Shown: positions 58,061-64,000 of the stretch, piece by piece
Layout: the number at the start of each line of letters is the position of its first letter
Numbering within the stretch: position 1 is the first letter of the stretch
Origin: Chrysomallon squamiferum
Lineage: Eukaryota; Animalia; Mollusca
Assembly: GCA_012295275.1 (NCBI GenBank)
Contig: CM022679.1
Span: forward strand, 22,506,001-22,570,000
Reading direction: 5' to 3'
DNA length: 64,000 nucleotides
Translations under genes and position numbers: made by a program
Notes under the pieces: generated by a model
The model's input: only the letters and a program-made list of their open reading frames with translations
Database searches by the model: none
What the model was told of the DNA's origin: nothing

Positions 58061-58956
58061 TTATGATGATCATCATTTTGATAATAGTTTTATTTGTAGC
58101 ATATACAGGTGTTTTTTGCTGAATGGTTCTTGTTTTTTTATTGATAATCTTTTGTGGAACGTTAAAATATGCACAGAGTGCCCTCCTTTCTTAATCTGCA
58201 GGTACTTAATAAAGATGAGTATGAAGAAATTTGTTAGCCAGTTAGTTAGCGTCCAAGTTTAGAAATATACTTGGTGAGTGGGCATTGTGATCACGTAATC
58301 TAATACTTAGAACCTGAATTAATGAGTACAATTCATTAGGCAATTAAAATATTGTATCAGTCTAGAATTCCGCAAAAGACTCATTTACTCAGGACTGTTA
58401 CCAACATACTTAAAATATTGTATCGGTCTTGAATCTCAGCAAAAGTTTCATTTTGATATATAATTTATCTAATTGGTTTAAAACCACACGGGAAACGCTG
58501 TGCTCATTCAGGTCGCTAAGGTCTTCACACAAAATTCAACATATTGCACAGTAACTCCCTCTTAACTATACATGTATGCTGTATGTATTAGCAACTGGCG
58601 GATCATTATAATATTTCTTTCACATGCTCAAATAGAGTAGCCTTTAAAAACAGACCGAACATACTTGAATTTTAAATGAAAAAAAGAAACCCTCAATTTA
58701 TAAAAGAAGAGTTACAATCGAAACTAGATCATTCTCAAGATAAACCCACTGTCATTTTTACTTCTTTTATATATATTTTTCCAAGTCTAATTATCACATA
58801 TACACTTTAATATAGAGGCAAAAAATTCTGTTCAAGCTGCTTATTGAAAACGTACTACAAGAATACATATATTTACTGCACATTTTTAACTTACATAAAT
58901 GATCACGATAAATTAATACATATAACACTAAAAGATTTACCTGTCCGAGATGTCAT
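54932..58956 (-). CDS. CARD (death-fold) domain-encoding 5' gene part: exons 58941-58956, 55623-55816, 54932-55058
   Basis: Splice phases match (1, 0, 1) with donors gtaaat, gtaagt and gtaaga. Spliced product MTSRTVNQKRKEEMILKRIIQSNYVKIHDTIEVHLLIPFMFQEKAITFEEKVLIQSIKVRRKAAETLLDI|ILENAIQRLPFVSMCDVFIKSLKLKHYQDLIKTIEATKVEDF follows the six-helix CARD pattern. The start exon link is less certain than the two CARD exons. Confidence 0.78.
57622..57930 (-). mobile_element. Truncated copy of the Tigger-like element inside a segmental duplicate (57160-57930 resembles 52165-52900)
   Basis: Same flank (gtccgattattacaaata|CAGTGGTACCTTG) and same transposase fragment as at 52547. Confidence 0.8.
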
Positions 58957-59283
58957 CTTGAAACTCTTAGTGCTGTCTGTACTGATGATATAATAACCAA
59001 CTAATCACATAATTTGTATCAGTGAGACTTTGGTCTCTTAAGTGCATGCATAAACAAGCATAATGTGCACATGCGCATGCGTTTATGAGATTAATATATC
59101 GCTCATACAATAATTTCAATATTTAATTTACACATTTGTGTATGCACATGTATTATATGTCATGTATGTCATATAAATATTATGCACGTACGTATCTATT
59201 GTTTTTATCGTCTGTTGTTTTCATATTACAGTTACATATTTCTTTAGGAAAGGAAAGAAAAATAATGTATATAGAAAAGAAAC

Positions 59284-59314
<31 letters not shown>

Positions 59315-62300
59315 ATTAAGACAACACGCTGATAAATCAATATTTGATTTACACTTCCTTAATAAATAATAACAATTTTTGTTAAAAAAGCACTATGAAA
59401 ATGCAAAAATTTCTGGGTTAAATACGTAAAATGAAACAAAAATAAATTTTAATTTATCTGCGTGTCATAAGAAGAAATAATAAATAAATAAATAAATAAA
59501 AACCCAACAAATTACTAAGTTTCAAATAAAAGTTAATAATAATAATAATTAAGTTCATAATGTCAACGGAAATGGTGGTGGTGCTAAACGTTTTATAAAT
59601 ATTACATAAATAGAGTTAGCTATTTTCTTTATCGTCTGTTTTTATTTTATTTTATTTTATTTTATTTTATTTTATTTTATTTTATTATTATTATTATTAT
59701 TTTTTTTTTTTACCGTTACTGTGACCGAATAGTTTTCAAATACCATATTTTTAATATTTGATTATATTTAGTTGTCATTCATGTTGATGTGATGCTATTT
59801 TTATTGTTATTATTCTGCTGGTGTCTGATATATCAGTGCGTGCGTGGCTGTTGTTTTGCTTTCTTCTGTGTTTTCTTGTTTTCCTTTTTTACTTTCTTTC
59901 TTTCGGTTTTTTATTTGTTGGGTTTTTCTTTTCTTTTCTTTTTAAATTGTTGTTGTTATAATCTGTAGAAACATTCGCAAATCGTGCACAGAAAATTAAT
60001 TCAAATAATTAATAACTGACCAACAAACATAATTACATTTTACCTAGAAATGTTAAGAATGAAACTAGTAATTATTTGCAACATATTCTTTACTTAAGAT
60101 ATCTATACAACATATTAAACACGTAAATAATTCAGTTAAAGATTTATGTCAATAAACTACTCTATGTGCAGGTAAATCCCAAACCACTTAGTTTGCACCA
60201 AGGTGAAGCTAGTTACTTTGACGATGTCATAACCGTCAAATGAAATGTAAATTGATCACCAATCGCAGGTACAGATTATAAATATAACCGTATACAAGAA
60301 AACTGTTATCAGCGTCAGAATCAGAGCAGACGTCAAAACAGGAAGAGGAAAATAAAAATAAAAATAACAAAAACAAAAATACACAACGATTCATTTAAAT
60401 AATATTGATATTGTTTTATTACTGTTTATTATTTTAAAAAACTGATTCAGAAATGATAAATTAACATAACTTCTTGTGTAATAATCAAGAAGAACCGAGA
60501 AATTGGATTGTGTGGAATTTCGATTTGCATTTCTTATGTAAATAATGAGCATAGTTATATAACTATTATTTATATGAATTAACTTGAAGAAAAATAATAA
60601 ATGAAAAAGATTGTAAGTGGTAAAAATAAATAAATAAATAAATAAATGATACCATCAACAACTACATAAATTAAACTAAAATAGAAAGATAGATAGATAA
60701 ATAAATAAATAAATATTTAATTTGAAAAAATAATAATAAAGCAGAGAATTGTACAATATACGTATTCTGGTGATGTCTGTATTTAAAAGAGTATACGGGT
60801 TGTTTTATGTATTGATTTATTTCTTTATTTATTTCTATTAATGTATTTTCTTGTTATTAATTTATAAATTTATTTTTCATTATTTTATTTTATTTCATTG
60901 TATTAAAGTTATTTATTTATTTATTTATTTACTGATTATTTCATTCGTTTTAAAATATTTATTATTTGTTTTCCCAATTATTTTAAAATTTATTTATAAT
61001 TACTAATTATTTTATTAATATTTTTTTCATTTTATTTCTTTATTGTTATCATCATCATCATTAACAATATTAATAATTAATTTTAAATAAATAAACAAAT
61101 AAATTATAATAACAACAGAGCAAAAACAATCAGCAGACGTCAAAACACGAAGAGGGAAATAAAAGTAAAAATACCAAGATAAAAAGAATAAAAACAAAAA
61201 TACACGCAGAATCATTAAAATAATAATGCTATTGTTTTATTACTGTTTATTATTTAAAAAAAACTCAATCAGAAATGATAAATTAACATAATTTCCTATG
61301 TAAAAATCCAGAAGAACCGAGAAATTGGATTGTGTGGAATTTCGATATGCATTTCTTATGAAAATAATGAGCATAGTGAAAAATAAAAACTGCTATTTAT
61401 ATGAATTAATTGAAAGAAAAATAACAACGGAAAAAGATTGTAAGTGGTAAAATTAAATAAATAAATAAATAAATAAATGATAACATCAACAACTACATAA
61501 ATTAAACTAAAATAAAAAGATAGATAAATAAATAAATAATTATTTAATTTGAAAAAACAATTAATAATAAACGGGGAGTTGTACAACATATGCTAGTGAT
61601 GTCTGTATTTAAAAGATTATACGGGTTGTTTTAAGGCATGGATTTATTTATTTCTATTAATGTATGTTCTTGTTATTAATTTATAAATTTGTTTTTCATT
61701 ATTTTATTTTATTTTATTTTATTAAACTTATTTATTTATTTTTTATATATATTTGTTTATTTACTGATTATTTCATTCGTTTGAAAACATTTTATTATTT
61801 ATTTTACCAAACATTTTAAAATTTATTTATTATTACTAATTATTTTATTAATATTTTATTCATTTTATTTGTTTATTGTTATCATCATCATCATCATCAT
61901 TAACAATATTAATTATTAATTCTAAATAAATAAATTACAATAACAACACAGCAAAAACAACCAGTAAATGAAATTTTACATAAACTATTAAAATAACTAT
62001 TTTGACCTAGAGTAGCACTCACTCAGTCCTAGTCGCTCATAATATTGATTATAGCGATAAAACAAAAGAATATGATGAAAGATATGAAAATAAAATATAT
62101 CAGGATGATTATGAATGATTTGCAGATATATTTAAAATGTCTAGATTAAATAAATGCCGCCTAAATCAGCAAGATAAGACAACTGAAAGGATGTATGTCT
62201 ATCTGAGACGCCATCTTGAAGAATCGATACTACTAGGTCGTCAAGGTCAGATTATGGTCTTCCCCAAATATCATTTCTATTTTTAAAATGATTTACTGCT

Positions 62301-62474
62301 GTTTGAAAATTTAGTGAAATTTAATATCACAGACTGGACAAAAAAAAAAAAAGCCTGCGTATCATAAATCCATAACTATTGAAATTATATAAATTACAAA
62401 TAAATAAATAAAACAATGATAATAATAATAATAAAGCAGGTAATTAATTGTCTTAGTGCATCGATTTAATTTGT

Positions 62475-62517
<43 letters not shown>

Positions 62518-63619
62518 TTGCAACTAGTTTATGTCGTTCTTATTATTAATTTATAAATTTATTTTATTTATTTATTTTTTATTAATAATATTAACTATTT
62601 GTTCTTTCATAATCATCATCACACTCATTTTACCACAAAATCAAAGATAAATATAAAAACAAGTTGTTTTTCACTTCGTATTATTCTTACCTAAATCGTC
62701 GGTTATATAACACTACATGAAGTATTCTGATAATGGTACAAATTCTGGATGAACAAAACCGAAATTTCAGTTTTTGTACATTTTAACACTGTTCTCTAAG
62801 AACTTGACATGCGGCATTCTAACTGGGCAAAAATTAAGCAAGCAGTTGTGGAGGTCTGTTTTATGGAAAAGATTAATGCATTAGGACCGCAAGTTTATTA
62901 ACTCATAGAGTAAATGAAGTTATTATTATTTTCCCCAAATATTCAAAAATCGAACGTTCTGCTGTTGTTTTTCTCAGTCAGTATTTGATTATTTTATATA
63001 AACATGAGAAGAACGTAAAAAGAATAAAATAGTCAATATTTAGATTATTTATTTCTTTATTTATTTGATTATTTTTTCATAGTTTCTTTCCTTTATTTAT
63101 TCAAACTGTTTCCTTATTACTAATAATTTATATATTTATTTGATTTTAATTATTATTATGAATTTTTATGAAGTTATTACAAAATGTTAAACAAAATATT
63201 ATTATTATTACTGTTGTTATTGTTGTTGTTTTTGTTGTTATAATTGTCATTATTATTATTATTATTGTTCTTGTTATTGCTGTTGTTGTTGTTGTTGTTG
63301 TGATTGCATGCATAAATAAATGGAAAAAACCCACCAGAGAATGTGTCACTGTAAGTGTTAGAAACTAGGAATTATTCTCAAGATATGACTCATTTGATTT
63401 CATTTCTGCCATGTTAAATCGATGATAACCTACTTCAAAATGAAATGAAACTAGATTTATCAACACATTTACTTATTACTTCTGTGCTCTGATAAATAGG
63501 CAATTTACTCAGTTACAGTTGCTTATTAATAAAATGCTACAAGAATACATATATTTACTGCACTTTTTTTAACACTATAACATTGATAAATGAGGATGAT
63601 AAATCAACAGATATAACAT

Positions 63620-63975
63620 TTAATTCTTGCAATTGATTCATTCGGCATATTTTCAATCTTTACATCTTCCTTGTCATTACCAATCATTTCGGATTCATCC
63701 TCTATAACTATTTCTAATCTATTTGAATTCCTGTGTTTGTACTTTTTGGGAACAGGTTTAACAGTTACATGTCGTAAAGTATAATTCCGTCCTTGTTTCA
63801 AATTTTTCGCGTTATGCATGGCTCGAGGACTGTGAGCTGTTTCATACTTTATGTATTGAAGTTTAATCAATCTGTATCGTTTTCCACGTTTGCTGATGAG
63901 TTCTGTGTTGGACACAATTCTACCATAAAATATTTAGTCTTTTCCCTTCTAAAAATTTGAAACAAACAAGAATAT
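63620..63975 (-). pseudogene. RPA-like fragment, recent duplicate of the 51.65-52.0 kb copy with an internal deletion and 3' truncation
   Basis: ELISKRGKRYRLIKLQYIKY(del)ETAHSPRAMHNAKNLK..; nucleotide sequence nearly identical to 51640-52040. Confidence 0.9.
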
Positions 63976-64000
63976 CACTGGTGTTCAGCTGGCATTACCA

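Overview
AT-rich, microsatellite-dense animal (invertebrate-like) genomic DNA with one 200-N gap. Most ORFs in the six-frame track are microsatellite artefacts. Reading splice signals by hand reveals a duplication-rich locus that looks immune-related. (1) Two paralogous genes face each other tail-to-tail: gene A (+, <1079-17641) and gene B (-, 43409-30274). Neither appears as a gene in the ORF track because both are built almost entirely from short (51-129 nt) frame-preserving phase-1/phase-1 exons. They encode a recurring N/S-rich motif (approx. hydrophobic-hydrophobic-x-G-x-I-x-N-S-x-I-x-hydrophobic) reminiscent of RHIM/amyloid signalling motifs. (2) The spacer between them holds an intact single-exon AID/APOBEC-like cytidine deaminase (-, 22427-23086), head-to-head with an RPA70-like three-OB-fold/C4-zinc-finger gene (+, 24461-25727, one frameshift). 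(3) Upstream of gene B on the same strand lie a start micro-exon and an intact two-exon CARD-like domain (58956-54932). Also present: three truncated RPA-like copies, a decayed LINE in a gene B intron, Tigger/pogo remnants, a 1.6-kb tandem array carrying an exon, and nested inverted and direct segmental duplications. All gene models and family assignments come from manual reading and motif recognition, not database searches. Any functional link between the parts is a hypothesis.
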